Shown piece after piece: positions 47,885-58,177 of a DNA stretch of 64,000 nucleotides. The stretch comes from an uncultured cyanobacterium (GTDB lineage Bacteria > Cyanobacteriota > Cyanobacteriia > Cyanobacteriales > Microcystaceae). The position numbers and the translations under genes are program-made. Under the pieces are notes generated by a model, which was not told the origin of the DNA, did not search any database, and saw only the letters and a list, made by a program, of their open reading frames with translations. Each line of letters opens with the position of its first letter. The first letter of the stretch is position 1. Where the stretch lies: the NCBI GenBank assembly GCA_963807635.1, contig CAWEDJ010000041.1:39130-103129 (forward strand), read 5' to 3'.

Positions 47885-48490
47885 GTGTGGCTCATGGATA
47901 AATTATTTTCTTTAGATGAATTACTACAAAGAATCACCGCTCGACCAGATGGAAATATTTGGATGGCTCTGATTGTTGCTATCGATGAAATAGAATCCAC
48001 TCTGGAAGATTTACAGGATACCTTAGAGATTTTTAATGAATGCGAAACTGGTACTCTTTCAGGAACAGAAGGAGCTTTAGATTTAGTTCAACAAATTAAC
48101 CAAAACTCAGAAGAGTATATTTTATTGTATGATTTTGAAAACTGGGATAGTCAGCAATGGAAGACTTTTGATGGTTTCAGGAGCCATTTAGATCAAGGCA
48201 AAAAAGGAGGATTTCTTATTCTTACACAACAATCTACTCGCTTAATGCTTCATAACGCGCCTAATTTTGTGAGTTGGTTAGGAACAAGAATTTATCAATT
48301 CCAAAAAGATGCAGAAATGCTCACCCAAACAGAACGCGATCGCCGCCTAAATGCTTTACAAGAAAATTTTAAAATGTCGGATCAGGACGTGATTGATCTA
48401 GCAGAAAATCGTCAATTACCTGCCGATCCTGAATTTGGAGAATGGTTGATTTTATTAGATAGGGGGGACTTACTTGAGCGGCAAAAATGA
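47885..48490 (+). CDS. hypothetical protein, possibly an inactive NTPase-like partner
   Basis: APNFVSW motif, no Walker A; operonic with the ATPase. Confidence 0.6.
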   Translation: MWLMDKLFSLDELLQRITARPDGNIWMALIVAIDEIESTLEDLQDTLEIFNECETGTLSGTEGALDLVQQINQNSEEYILLYDFENWDSQQWKTFDGFRSHLDQGKKGGFLILTQQSTRLMLHNAPNFVSWLGTRIYQFQKDAEMLTQTERDRRLNALQENFKMSDQDVIDLAENRQLPADPEFGEWLILLDRGDLLERQK

Positions 48491-49052
48491 AACATGGGAG
48501 AAAATGTGTGTCGAAATTCAACAGCGATCGCTCGATAATATTTCTTTTCAAAAATCTCTTGAAGTTAAAAAAACAAAAACGTTATTTAGACAGATTTTAC
48601 ACGCTCTCACAATTGCTTATGATGAAAAATTAACTACTAAACCAGACGAAATTCGTGGTTTACTAAAGCTAGACAAGTCATCTGTTATCAAACAACAAGG
48701 TTATTGGAACATAATTGGGGGCGAAAAAAATCAAAAACGAATCAGAGACATTCCGCATTTTTCACTAACAAATGGTTGCTGGTTCGATTTTGCTATTCTT
48801 GTTTATGAAAATAATAAAGAAGCTGAAATAATCGGTTTTAATTTTGAGATTCGTTTCCCCGAAGAAATGCCTTCTCGATTTTTAAGAATTGATTTTAATC
48901 CCCCCAATCATGCTAATGATGATAAAAATATGAGATTGCATCTTCATCCTGGTCATGATGACATTATGATCCACAGTCCACCGATGTCTCCGATTGAAAT
49001 TCTGCATCTTTTTTTGTATGGCATAGACATCCCCGATAAAATTCGCGCTTAA
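48474..49052 (+). CDS. hypothetical protein with His-rich putative catalytic motif
   Basis: LRIDF..H..RLHLHPGHDD..PPMSP; 17-bp overlap with the upstream ORF. Confidence 0.6.
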   Translation: MSGKNETWEKMCVEIQQRSLDNISFQKSLEVKKTKTLFRQILHALTIAYDEKLTTKPDEIRGLLKLDKSSVIKQQGYWNIIGGEKNQKRIRDIPHFSLTNGCWFDFAILVYENNKEAEIIGFNFEIRFPEEMPSRFLRIDFNPPNHANDDKNMRLHLHPGHDDIMIHSPPMSPIEILHLFLYGIDIPDKIRA

Positions 49053-49107
49053 TTTCACTATTGAAAAACATTAATCTTAAAACAATAGAAAAAGCTGGAA
49101 AGAAAAA

Positions 49108-50097
49108 TTAATTAACGTAAAAATTTAAAACTAACGCAAAGAGTAAAACTAACTGAATCGTTAAAATAGTTAAATAAAATACAGGTTTAAAACGAAAAAC
49201 AGCCAACAAAAGGGCTAAACTTTTGAGATTAATCACCGAATCGATTAATAAAAAAGCCAACGACGAACCGATCCAGAGATTTGCTGTTAAAGGTACTAGA
49301 AAAGAAGCGCTGAAGAGTGAACCAAAGGAGAGAGTAACGCCTAATCCCATCATTACCAAAATTTGAGTTAGGGGATCGATCGCCCAATTCAAAAGGCTGG
49401 CTTGGGGTAAATAAAGTTGACTTCCCGCCGCGATCGCCGAACCCAGGAGCAAAAAAGGCATTAACTCTAGACTTTCTTGTATCCCATTTCTAAAAAATAA
49501 ACTTAACTTTTCTAGCCAAGAGCGTTGATGAACTTCTGGCATGGCGTATTCATAAATTAAATTACCACTCCGTTGCAGAGGATCATCTTTAGTTTCATCC
49601 ACCAAAAAAGTCCCTGAACGTAAAAAAGGAACCCGACTCACGGGATTTAAAATCAGTTCAGAAGACGGTTTTTCTCGATAGGAACTAAACACCAAAGCAA
49701 TAATTACCGCCATGAACCAGGTCAGGATAATTCGCAGAAAAATTAAACGAGGTTGAATCGCGAGGGTCGATAGGGTAAACCAAATGACGATGGGATTAAC
49801 TGTAGGGCCAGCAACGAGAAAACTAATCGCCAAGGGAATGGGTGCGCCCTGTAATAATAAACGACGAACCACTGGAATCGTGCCATACTGACCGACAGGC
49901 AACAAAATCCCTAAACTACTGCCGACAATGCTACTGAGAATTCGATTTTGGGGAAAGCGGGCTATGAGCTTGTGTTCATCCACAAACACTAACAGCACAC
50001 TGGAAAGAAGAATTCCGAAGAGCAAGAAGGGGATCGATAGCAATAACTGACTAAAAAATAGCGTTAGGGCCTCATTCAATAGGGGAAATTGGAGCAT
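49108..50097 (-). CDS. permease (DUF318/ArsP-like)
   Basis: IPFLLFG, FLVAGPTVNP, multiple TM helices. Confidence 0.8.
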   Translation of the reverse strand: MLQFPLLNEALTLFFSQLLLSIPFLLFGILLSSVLLVFVDEHKLIARFPQNRILSSIVGSSLGILLPVGQYGTIPVVRRLLLQGAPIPLAISFLVAGPTVNPIVIWFTLSTLAIQPRLIFLRIILTWFMAVIIALVFSSYREKPSSELILNPVSRVPFLRSGTFLVDETKDDPLQRSGNLIYEYAMPEVHQRSWLEKLSLFFRNGIQESLELMPFLLLGSAIAAGSQLYLPQASLLNWAIDPLTQILVMMGLGVTLSFGSLFSASFLVPLTANLWIGSSLAFLLIDSVINLKSLALLLAVFRFKPVFYLTILTIQLVLLFALVLNFYVN

Positions 50098-50182
50098 TAG
50101 GTCTGTCTAGATTGGTCTGGGTGATTGGCACTCTCAACAACCTATCCTATCTTTAGTCTGACCACAATGTTAAAGCTCTACT

Positions 50183-50259
50183 TCCCTAAGATCAGAAAGA
50201 GAACCGACGACTTTCCGTGTTTCGTCTCGGCTCTCTAAATCTGGTTCGCTCCTCACACT
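50183..50259 (-). ncRNA. Yfr2-like cyanobacterial small RNA
   Basis: 5' GTGTGAGGAG, long hairpin with GAAACACGGAAA loop, TATATT -10 just upstream. Confidence 0.7.
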
Positions 50260-50315
50260 TAACTTTCAATATACAGTATCCTTACCTTATTATGACATTT
50301 GAGTTTAAAAAAAAT

Positions 50316-51155
50316 TTACAATTCATCAGGGGCAGGGATTTGAAGTTTTGTGAGAAGTAGTATTTCTAAAATAGCGCGGGTATTGATTAATAAAAGCCAG
50401 GCTAATTGGTTCTGAGACTGATTTTTAGGATTAAATAGACGATGATGCCGCTCAAAAAACAAAAGGGATTGACTTAAATTTTTACTGACCTTGAGCCAGT
50501 TTTCTGAAGCCTTTTCGGACTGGTGATCAATAACTCTCAGAATTTGTTCTAGTAGCGATCGCATGGGAGGCGATAACTCAACAATGGAGACTGATTCCGT
50601 TGAAGGCAACAAAGGTAGAATTTTTTCCTGTTCAGCTAATCTGAGTAAGGCAGAGGCGCGAGCATGGGCATATTGACAGTAACCCGCGATCGCGTTTTCG
50701 GTAATGCCAATGGTCGTCGGTCGCTTTTTGAGATCATCCATTGAATTGAATTGGTGGAATAAAGCCAGTAACCAAAACTGAAGACTGGAACAATCTAAAA
50801 TAAAAGTTAGCCAAACGCGATCGATGAGTTGAACTTCCAGCTCGATGGGATTCGTGGTGTCCTGGGAAAAAGTTCGGTTAATCAATGCGTTAAATAATTT
50901 TTCTGCTAGGATTTCTTGTTCCCATCTTGTTTGTTTTCCGAGTTTAAAGGCGATCGCGGAACGATAGGTTAAATCGCGCTCCGTAACTGTTGGAATAAGG
51001 GGAATATCCGAATAAACCCAGGAATCTGTCAATCCATCAGAGACTTGACTTAATAATCCTAATATCTCAACTTGAAGAATTTTTTTTAAGGACAGAACAG
51101 AAGATAGATCTTTTGTTTTTTCTAGATCTAGCGTTAAACAACCCGTTTTCATCAT
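50316..51155 (-). CDS. DALR anticodon-binding-domain protein
   Basis: QYAHARASALL motif, APDEL end; no synthetase catalytic core. Confidence 0.75.
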   Translation of the reverse strand: MMKTGCLTLDLEKTKDLSSVLSLKKILQVEILGLLSQVSDGLTDSWVYSDIPLIPTVTERDLTYRSAIAFKLGKQTRWEQEILAEKLFNALINRTFSQDTTNPIELEVQLIDRVWLTFILDCSSLQFWLLALFHQFNSMDDLKKRPTTIGITENAIAGYCQYAHARASALLRLAEQEKILPLLPSTESVSIVELSPPMRSLLEQILRVIDHQSEKASENWLKVSKNLSQSLLFFERHHRLFNPKNQSQNQLAWLLLINTRAILEILLLTKLQIPAPDEL

Positions 51156-51184
51156 TATTGCGTCTTTTTTGATAGCAAAAGCCT

Positions 51185-51856
51185 ATGGCGATATCCGATC
51201 AGCCTCCTTTATTGACTTTCCCCGAACTGGTGCAGTGGGGGCAAGCCCATTACCGCGATCGCACCTTTAATAAAGAGGATTTTATTCCTACTCGCCAAGG
51301 CTTAATCTATTTTGTCCATCAAGGAGTTGTCCGTTTAACCAGCCACCCTGCTACGCCGATGGAAATCCCAGGAAAATCTCCTCCACCAACTCTCTTGGGA
51401 TTGATAGGAGCAAATCGTCCTTTTGAAATTTTAGCCCAGCCTCCCTTGGCTTTCGGAGCCTATGCCCATATCGATCAGACTTCCGTGATTTGGCTCTACT
51501 GGAATGAATTAATCCAATCTCCCAACCTCCACCTAGACATTCTCGAAGCCTTTCGCCAACAACAACAATTTCAATTGCTTTGGTTAGGACTGTTAGGACA
51601 AAAATCGACCCTAGATCGTCTCTTAAGTTTTTTAGCCTTGTTGATGACTCAAGACGGAGAACCTATTGCCGACGGTTATCGTTTACCCTATCCCCTCACC
51701 CACGCTCAAATTGGCAGTGCAATCAGAGCAACGCGAGTTACGATCACTCGCCTGATGGTTAAACTACGGGAAAAAGAAATTGTCTGGCTTAAAGATAACC
51801 TAATTTGTTTAAGCCGTCGCAGTTTTCAGGAATGTAAACCTTTAAGATTGCACTAA
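51185..51856 (+). CDS. Crp/Fnr-family transcriptional regulator
   Basis: LTHAQIGSAIRATRVTITR HTH. Confidence 0.9.
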   Translation: MAISDQPPLLTFPELVQWGQAHYRDRTFNKEDFIPTRQGLIYFVHQGVVRLTSHPATPMEIPGKSPPPTLLGLIGANRPFEILAQPPLAFGAYAHIDQTSVIWLYWNELIQSPNLHLDILEAFRQQQQFQLLWLGLLGQKSTLDRLLSFLALLMTQDGEPIADGYRLPYPLTHAQIGSAIRATRVTITRLMVKLREKEIVWLKDNLICLSRRSFQECKPLRLH

Positions 51857-51929
51857 CCATTGGCATCAAAAATTTTTTGCAATTAGGAAATTTAGGTAAA
51901 GACAAAAAATTCTTATGTTGATGTTTTGA

Positions 51930-52373
51930 TTACCATTTTTTATAGGGTAAAAACTTACCGCACATAATGACTTTGACGCGATCGCCCTTGGGATCTTCGA
52001 CTTTTTCCACATCCAAAGTAAAATCAATCGCACTCATAATGCCATCGCCAAACTTTTCCTGAATAACTGCTTTGATGGGCATCCCATAGACCTGCATGAT
52101 TTCATAAAAACGATAAATTAACGGATCGGTGGGAATGACAGGCTCTAGGGAACCCTTTAAAGGAAAGGTAGTCAACTCATCAATTAAAGATTCATCCGCA
52201 GCGATCGCTTCAATAATTTGTTTCGCTTCTTCGGGAGAAGCAGTAGCTTGACGATAAAAAACCGAGGCAATCCAGACTTCATCCCGTCCCAATTTTGCCT
52301 CTAAGTCCGAAAAACTTACACCCGATGCTTTTTTTGCCGCTAACAGTGCTTCCGTAATCGCAGAAATTGCCAT
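51930..52373 (-). CDS. cynS: cyanate lyase
   Basis: [30 protein letters not shown]. Confidence 0.97.
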   Translation of the reverse strand: MAISAITEALLAAKKASGVSFSDLEAKLGRDEVWIASVFYRQATASPEEAKQIIEAIAADESLIDELTTFPLKGSLEPVIPTDPLIYRFYEIMQVYGMPIKAVIQEKFGDGIMSAIDFTLDVEKVEDPKGDRVKVIMCGKFLPYKKW

Positions 52374-52534
52374 TTTAGTTCCTTAGTTGATGTAATTTAA
52401 TGTCAATAAATTGGTGAATAAAAGCTAGTATCCTGAATTTGTGGATCAGATAAGCTGTTCATTTATCCTGGAGATATTATTTTGACCGTTTGAAGAACGA
52501 AAAGAGTATTCTTTCGACGATCAAATTATTGGTC

Positions 52535-52576
52535 ATACTAACCCCAAAAAGATTTGATTTTTGTAATCATTTTTAC
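52535..52576 (-). promoter_or_regulatory. NtcA-activated promoter of cynS
   Basis: GTA-N8-TAC (52563-52576), 22-nt spacer, TAGTAT -10 on the minus strand. Confidence 0.85.
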
Positions 52577-52894
52577 GGGGCTAATGCTCAAATTGTGAGT
52601 GGCTAGAATTTATTCAATGTATTATAGCGGTATTCTCAGGGGTAAAGTATTGTCGATGTTAATAAATCAGGGGTTGAAACGCTTTGTCCGTAGCTCATGC
52701 AACTTTATACGGATATATTGTTCCCTTTTTCTACAATTTTGTCGTTTTTTAACCCCATTAACCGTAAAATTGAAGAAACAGACCTCCCAGAAAGACGGAA
52801 AACTTTCTAAAATATAGAGGGAATTTTTCTAAAGATTCTTGAGACTGATATAATTTCTTTCAATACCAATCGCTAAACTATCTTCATCGAACCC

Positions 52895-53731
52895 ATGTTC
52901 CTTTCCAAACTCAAACTAGGTTCTACCATCGTTTTAAGCTCGATTCTTGCGCTTAGTCCCCTCTCTACCGTTTTTGCTGCGACTCCCGCGACCTTTAACA
53001 CTTTTTTAGATTGGTGTTCTGCTAAAAAGACCCTAGCTCCCGCGACCGTCAATACCATTGATCAGATTCTAAATAATCTCGGAACCCAGGATTGCCAACA
53101 AGCGAGTAGAAAAATTCCCCTCACCTTCGCCCTAAACTTGAGCAACCAAAATATTACCGATCTCGCCCCCCTCGCTGCTCTTCCTAACCTGACCCAAATC
53201 AATCTCTATAATAATCAGATTAAAGATTTAACCCCTTTAAGTTCCCTTAAAAATCTGGATCACCTTATTTTAGGAAATAATCAAGTTTCTGATTTAAAAC
53301 CCCTTAGTAATTTACAAAAATTATCCCGACTATTTTTATTTAACAATCAAATTTCTGACCTTACTCCCCTTAGTTCCCTCAGTAATCTTAGTATTCTTTT
53401 CCTAAACCGCAATCAAATTTCCGATCTAACCCCTCTTAGTTCTGTTACTAGTTTAACGGAACTCTATGCTACCCATAATCAAATTTCTAATCTCGCCCCC
53501 CTAAGTTCTTTAACGAATCTTATCCAACTTTCTTTAGACAGCAACAATATCTCCGATTTAGCTCCTTTGATTCCACTTACCAAGATAACAACTTTATCCC
53601 TGGTGAATAATCAAATTAGAAATGTTGCTCCCCTTTATAAATTACCTAAATTAAGCAAAGTTTATCTCCGAAGAAATCCTGTTGCAGATAAGCTTTGTCC
53701 CAATAATTCAGACGCGCTTTGTTTCTTGTAA
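52895..53731 (+). CDS. secreted internalin-like leucine-rich repeat protein
   Basis: signal peptide, WC..C cap, 22-aa LxxNQIxDLxPLxxL repeats. Confidence 0.9.
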   Translation: MFLSKLKLGSTIVLSSILALSPLSTVFAATPATFNTFLDWCSAKKTLAPATVNTIDQILNNLGTQDCQQASRKIPLTFALNLSNQNITDLAPLAALPNLTQINLYNNQIKDLTPLSSLKNLDHLILGNNQVSDLKPLSNLQKLSRLFLFNNQISDLTPLSSLSNLSILFLNRNQISDLTPLSSVTSLTELYATHNQISNLAPLSSLTNLIQLSLDSNNISDLAPLIPLTKITTLSLVNNQIRNVAPLYKLPKLSKVYLRRNPVADKLCPNNSDALCFL

Positions 53732-53749
53732 ATAATTCATGAGATCTCT

Positions 53750-54952
53750 CTAGAGAACGTGTTGACATAATTTCTCGGTAATCAGTTTTCCCGCTAACTG
53801 ATGCCCCTGTTTATTCCAATGTCCAACCCCCATTCGCGTATTATCAAATCCATGTAAGAAAATTTGATTTTTATCGGCATATTCTTGCATGGGTTTAGCT
53901 AGATTAAATACCGTAAATCCATTTTTTTGTCCTAACTTTTGGATTCTTTCATCGGGATAAAATAAATTGGTTGCTCCCAACTGATTTAAGCGGTCGCGAA
54001 TTTTAAGATCGGGATAAACCTGAGGCGGATTACTGATAGTAATAGCTAAAAAGTCAGCATTTTTTGATTTAACTTCAGTATTGATTTGTTTAATTAATTC
54101 TTCGGTGACTTCCCAGGCTTCTTGCCAATCTTTATTTTGCGATTCTTGATATAAATTTACGTCAAAATCTAAGGCGGGAATAATATCATTACTAGTAGCG
54201 TTTACTAAGGAATTAGCACTAGCTTCTTTTTTAAGACTAATGACTCGTTTGGCTTCATTGATAACTTGTAATAAGCGAGAATGATTGATCACAGAGAAAA
54301 CAAATCTTCTAACAAAACTATCACGACGACGATAGGTTTCTGTTTCTTTAAATGATAAATCCATTTTAAATTCGCCATTTTCTTTTTTTAAAAAAGGGCT
54401 AAATCGATCCGCAGGACTCAGGGCTTGGGAATTATTGACAATATCATTTCCTGTAAAAATCTCTAGTAAAACCAAATCAGGAGAGTATTTCCAAACATGA
54501 TGTTTCAGAGTCATCAATTCCTGGGCGGTTCCATAATCTCCCACCCCAAAATTAATGACTTCAACTTTTTTTCCTTGAAGAGCAGGACAGGAAGGCAGTT
54601 GTTGGGCGATCGCTGACCAAAAAATTTCTTCTGCATTGACTTGAATCGCTTCAGAAAAAGAATCGCCAATAACCGCAATGCGATAGCTATTTTCGGATTT
54701 TGTTGTTGAATGTTCTTTGTCTCTTAAGCCATCACTATTAATAGAAACGTAGCCTTTTCCTTCACTGATCCACCAGTCCGAAAAATTGGGAATTAAGGCA
54801 TGACCGCGATATTCATCAACTTGATAAAAGCTGGGATAGGAAATGCCGACAATCCGTAAACCAATTTCTGCAATCACTAAGGCAAAGGTAATCCCGCCTA
54901 AACTGAGGAGAATATTGGCTCCCATTAATTTTAATTTTTTAATATCTGGCAT
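53750..54952 (-). CDS. SGNH/GDSL hydrolase family protein
   Basis: IGDSF, NFGV, GND, GHWN. Confidence 0.88.
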   Translation of the reverse strand: MPDIKKLKLMGANILLSLGGITFALVIAEIGLRIVGISYPSFYQVDEYRGHALIPNFSDWWISEGKGYVSINSDGLRDKEHSTTKSENSYRIAVIGDSFSEAIQVNAEEIFWSAIAQQLPSCPALQGKKVEVINFGVGDYGTAQELMTLKHHVWKYSPDLVLLEIFTGNDIVNNSQALSPADRFSPFLKKENGEFKMDLSFKETETYRRRDSFVRRFVFSVINHSRLLQVINEAKRVISLKKEASANSLVNATSNDIIPALDFDVNLYQESQNKDWQEAWEVTEELIKQINTEVKSKNADFLAITISNPPQVYPDLKIRDRLNQLGATNLFYPDERIQKLGQKNGFTVFNLAKPMQEYADKNQIFLHGFDNTRMGVGHWNKQGHQLAGKLITEKLCQHVL

Positions 54953-55010
54953 GGTGAAAGATCTCTAAGATTTAAGTTAGAGTTTTATGATTAAAATTTT
55001 AAGACTTACC

Positions 55011-55081
55011 AGTTTTTGCAGGGACATAATACTATTATCTCCTTGTAAGTTTTTGTAGGGACATAATACTATTATGTCCTT
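55011..55081. repeat. tandem pair of 34-bp REP-like palindromes
   Basis: AGTTTTTG(C/T)AGGGACATAATACTATTAT(C/G)TCCTT at 55011 and 55048. Confidence 0.8.
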
Positions 55082-55167
55082 ATATTTCCTTACCCTATAG
55101 GCAATTTAACTGCAAATTGCTGTCAGTTCCTACGGAAAAGTTGCATTATTAAATTCATCGTAAAAAA

Positions 55168-55506
55168 TTATGATTTTGATTTTTTATCTTTTTTCTTTTT
55201 ATCCAATTTTCCTTCAATTAAACCATTAAATCCATAGATTTCTCGATCGCCTACAAAATTAACCAGTTCTACATTTTTCTCATCACCAGGTTCAAAACGA
55301 ACAGCCGTTCCCGCAGGAATATTGAGGCGCATTCCCCTGGCTAATTCTCGATCAAAACATAGGGCAGGATTTACTTCATAAAAGTGGAAATGGGAACCGA
55401 TCTGGATAGGGCGATCGCCGCTATTGGAAACCGTAATTTGTTGAGTTTCGCGACCTGCATTGAGTTCAAGATCGCCAGAGGGAGTAATAATTTCACCAGG
55501 AATCAT
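55168..55506 (-). CDS. ureB: urease beta subunit
   Basis: [26 protein letters not shown]. Confidence 0.97.
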   Translation of the reverse strand: MIPGEIITPSGDLELNAGRETQQITVSNSGDRPIQIGSHFHFYEVNPALCFDRELARGMRLNIPAGTAVRFEPGDEKNVELVNFVGDREIYGFNGLIEGKLDKKKKDKKSKS

Positions 55507-55559
55507 AATTTTTAGGAAATACTGAATAGAAATATTGAGAGGACTGGAAAGATTTTAAC

Positions 55560-55862
55560 TTAACGAATAGGGTCGTGAACGGTAACGAGTTTTGTACCAT
55601 CGGGGGAGGTGGCTTCTACTTGCACTTCCTGGAGCATTTCGGCAATCCCATCCATGACATCGCTACGGACTAACAGGGTCGCGCCATAATTCATCAAATC
55701 GGCTACGGTTCGCCCTTCCCTGGCTCCTTCTAAAATTGCCGCCGAAATATAGGCAACGGCTTCGGGATAATTCAGTTTTAAGCCCCGCGCTTTACGCCTT
55801 TCGGCAAGGAGGCCCGCCGTAAAAATCAATAATTTATCTTTTTCCTGGGGAGTTAATTGCAT
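55560..55862 (-). CDS. ureA: urease gamma subunit
   Basis: [27 protein letters not shown]. Confidence 0.97.
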   Translation of the reverse strand: MQLTPQEKDKLLIFTAGLLAERRKARGLKLNYPEAVAYISAAILEGAREGRTVADLMNYGATLLVRSDVMDGIAEMLQEVQVEATSPDGTKLVTVHDPIR

Positions 55863-56089
55863 AGGAGATCATCAGTGAACACTCGTCCTATAAATCTTAA
55901 GCGATTTGTTGCGGCTTGAATAATCTTGCATGATACGAACTGGCTAAACAAGAACGCGATCGCAACTTACACCACAGGAGCCGACCTGTTTCACGGTTAA
56001 CATTCTCACCAGAGCAGATATCAGCCTGAGTCAGATTTTAGAATCAATTTGGTTATAATGATGAACGATTAAGCGAGGATAATTTAACA

Positions 56090-56266
56090 ATGGACAAGAT
56101 CATCATTCAGCAAAAAATCAATCTCATTACAGCCAAACGCGAATTTCTCGTCAAATTATCCGAACAACCGAATCTGGGGATTCTCAAGCTAGATGTTGTT
56201 CAAGCTCTGAGTGAACTAGATGATTTGATCGAAGATTTTTCTGTGACTTTTCCTGAGTTTAATTAA
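56090..56266 (+). CDS. 58-aa small helical protein (not in the ORF track)
   Basis: MDKII...EQPNLGILKLDVVQALSELDDLIEDF..TFP; GAGG RBS, TATAAT upstream, terminator downstream. Confidence 0.7.
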   Translation: MDKIIIQQKINLITAKREFLVKLSEQPNLGILKLDVVQALSELDDLIEDFSVTFPEFN

Positions 56267-56269
56267 ATT

Positions 56270-56304
56270 AAAGGGAGGATGCTTGAATTTAATCCTCCTT
56301 TTTT
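56270..56304 (+). terminator. intrinsic terminator
   Basis: GGAGGAT / ATCCTCC stem followed by a T run. Confidence 0.6.
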
Positions 56305-56347
56305 ATCTATTTTTCTGAATAATAACTCAACAGGACTAGATGCCATT

Positions 56348-56596
56348 ATGCAAACTAAACTTAATCCCGAACAAATTCTTTTAGAGAGTTGGCGATCGCT
56401 CGATTTTGATCAACAAAGACAAGTTTTAGAATTTATCCAATTTCTACAATTTCAAGCCCATCAATCTCCTAAAGATAAAGGAGAAAAAAATAATTCGATT
56501 TCTGCCCTAGAAGCGGCGGGGGATCTGGTTGGTTGTCTTCAAGGGCCAGGAGATTTATCATTAGAAAAACGGAAGCTCAAGCAGACTGTCCAATGA
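56348..56596 (+). CDS. putative antitoxin (DUF2281-like)
   Basis: QQRQVLEFIQFL, GCLQGPGDLS; ATGA overlap with the PIN toxin. Confidence 0.7.
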   Translation: MQTKLNPEQILLESWRSLDFDQQRQVLEFIQFLQFQAHQSPKDKGEKNNSISALEAAGDLVGCLQGPGDLSLEKRKLKQTVQ

Positions 56597-57012
56597 ACAG
56601 AACGACTATCATTGATGCTAGTGTTATTGTTGCTTTGTTAGACCAGCGAGATTATTTTCACCATTGGGCGGTTAGGGAATGGGCAAATATCCAGGCTCCT
56701 TTATTAACTTGTGATGCAGTAATTACGGAATCTTGTTATTTACTCCGAAACGTTCATGAGGGTAAAGAAGCAGTCATTTCTTTGGTTAAAAGACAAATTA
56801 TTCAAGTTAGCTTTAATCTAAACGAAGAGGCTGGAGTGATTGAAACTTTAATGCGTCGTTATCGTTCGGTACCGATGTCTTTTGCTGATGCCTGTTTGGT
56901 AAGAATGTCTGAACAAATTTTTAATAGTATTGTCATGACTTTAGACAGCGATTTTAAAATTTATCGTAAATATCGCAATCAGGAAATTCCTGTCATTATG
57001 CCAAAATTCTGA
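56593..57012 (+). CDS. vapC: VapC/PIN-domain toxin
   Basis: IIDAS, VITE, MSFADACL, TLDSDF. Confidence 0.88.
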   Translation: MNRTTIIDASVIVALLDQRDYFHHWAVREWANIQAPLLTCDAVITESCYLLRNVHEGKEAVISLVKRQIIQVSFNLNEEAGVIETLMRRYRSVPMSFADACLVRMSEQIFNSIVMTLDSDFKIYRKYRNQEIPVIMPKF

Positions 57013-57115
57013 AAGCGATGATTATTTTTTAAGACAAAAACTATTACGGACGTTGCTAATTTGAGGGATGAATCATCTTTCATAGGATTTTTAAAACCTA
57101 GACTCAAACTAACTT

Positions 57116-57901
57116 TTAGATGTGTTCAAGATTGGCATTAATATCAACAGGAAGAAAATTTTGATTTTTAAGGATATGGGTCAAATTTAACTGACTTTCT
57201 AATAAACAAGCATGGCCACTCTGGGGCAAAATCTCTAGTTGAGCTTGGGGTAAAAAATTCTGTAACCGTTTCCCTTCCTCTACTGACGCCAAAAGACGAT
57301 CCGCTCCACTGGCAATAATCAAAGACGGCTGTTTAAATTGCTGTAATTGAAATGGCTCAACCACAAAGTCATAAAGCAAAGATAATCGGCTACACACGAC
57401 TGCCTGGGGCAGCGATCGCATGGCTTGCAATAATTGACGGCGATCAGGGGCTTCTATACGGCTTAAAGAGGCTAAAAGGGGGAGAAAACCCAAGGTAGAA
57501 GCTTGATGCACCGCTTCGGGTAGCCAATGGCTGAGAGTAATGCCCAAGCCTAGCCAGGACGCTTGACGTAGGGAAGAAGCGGGATTAATTAAAATTAGTT
57601 TATCAACGATTTCAGGCTTTTTGAGGGCGATTTTAAGGGCTAAACATCCTCCAAAGGATTCACCGCAGAGATAAACAGGTTTTTGTCTGATTTCCGTTGA
57701 AACTAAGGAAATAACGCTCTGGGCCATCTCATCCCAACTATTAATACTAACGGGGGGCAGAGAAAGACAATGAAGGTTGAAAAAAGGGGCGAGGGATTCA
57801 CTCTGGCGATGCAATAACCTACCCGTTCCATCCATGCCAGGCAAGTAAACTAAGGAAGGTAAGTGGGGACGAAGGGGAAAAGGATTGAGTAATTTCATCA
57901 A
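57116..57901 (-). CDS. alpha/beta hydrolase
   Basis: PGMDGTG, GESFG nucleophile elbow, SGHACL. Confidence 0.88.
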   Translation of the reverse strand: MMKLLNPFPLRPHLPSLVYLPGMDGTGRLLHRQSESLAPFFNLHCLSLPPVSINSWDEMAQSVISLVSTEIRQKPVYLCGESFGGCLALKIALKKPEIVDKLILINPASSLRQASWLGLGITLSHWLPEAVHQASTLGFLPLLASLSRIEAPDRRQLLQAMRSLPQAVVCSRLSLLYDFVVEPFQLQQFKQPSLIIASGADRLLASVEEGKRLQNFLPQAQLEILPQSGHACLLESQLNLTHILKNQNFLPVDINANLEHI

Positions 57902-58177
57902 TTCAATAAAATTTCACCGATTCAAGATAGAGAGGGCGGCAAATCTGTCCGAAATATTTTCTGACTACCATTTATGACGTTTCTCTTTTAGTTTAACCCA
58001 ATTGGGTGGGGTGATTAGGAGAGAAAACCGATACGGGGGCGCGATCGCGTTTTTTCTAGTTTTTTCTATGTGACTAGCTTGTTAAAATTGACAGAAGAGA
58101 TCACTGTCAGTTTCGTGATATTCGATAAAAGCGATCGCACATTTTTTTGAATTTTGAAATAATTGGGGACTATTAAG

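Noticed and set aside
50316..51155. Arginyl-tRNA synthetase
   Set aside because: Only the anticodon-binding-like domain is present; no HIGH/KMSK core
52895..53731. DNA tandem repeat array
   Set aside because: Periodicity is explained by 22-aa LRR coding repeats
55011..55081. CRISPR mini-array
   Set aside because: Only two units separated by 3 bp, no spacer, no cas genes
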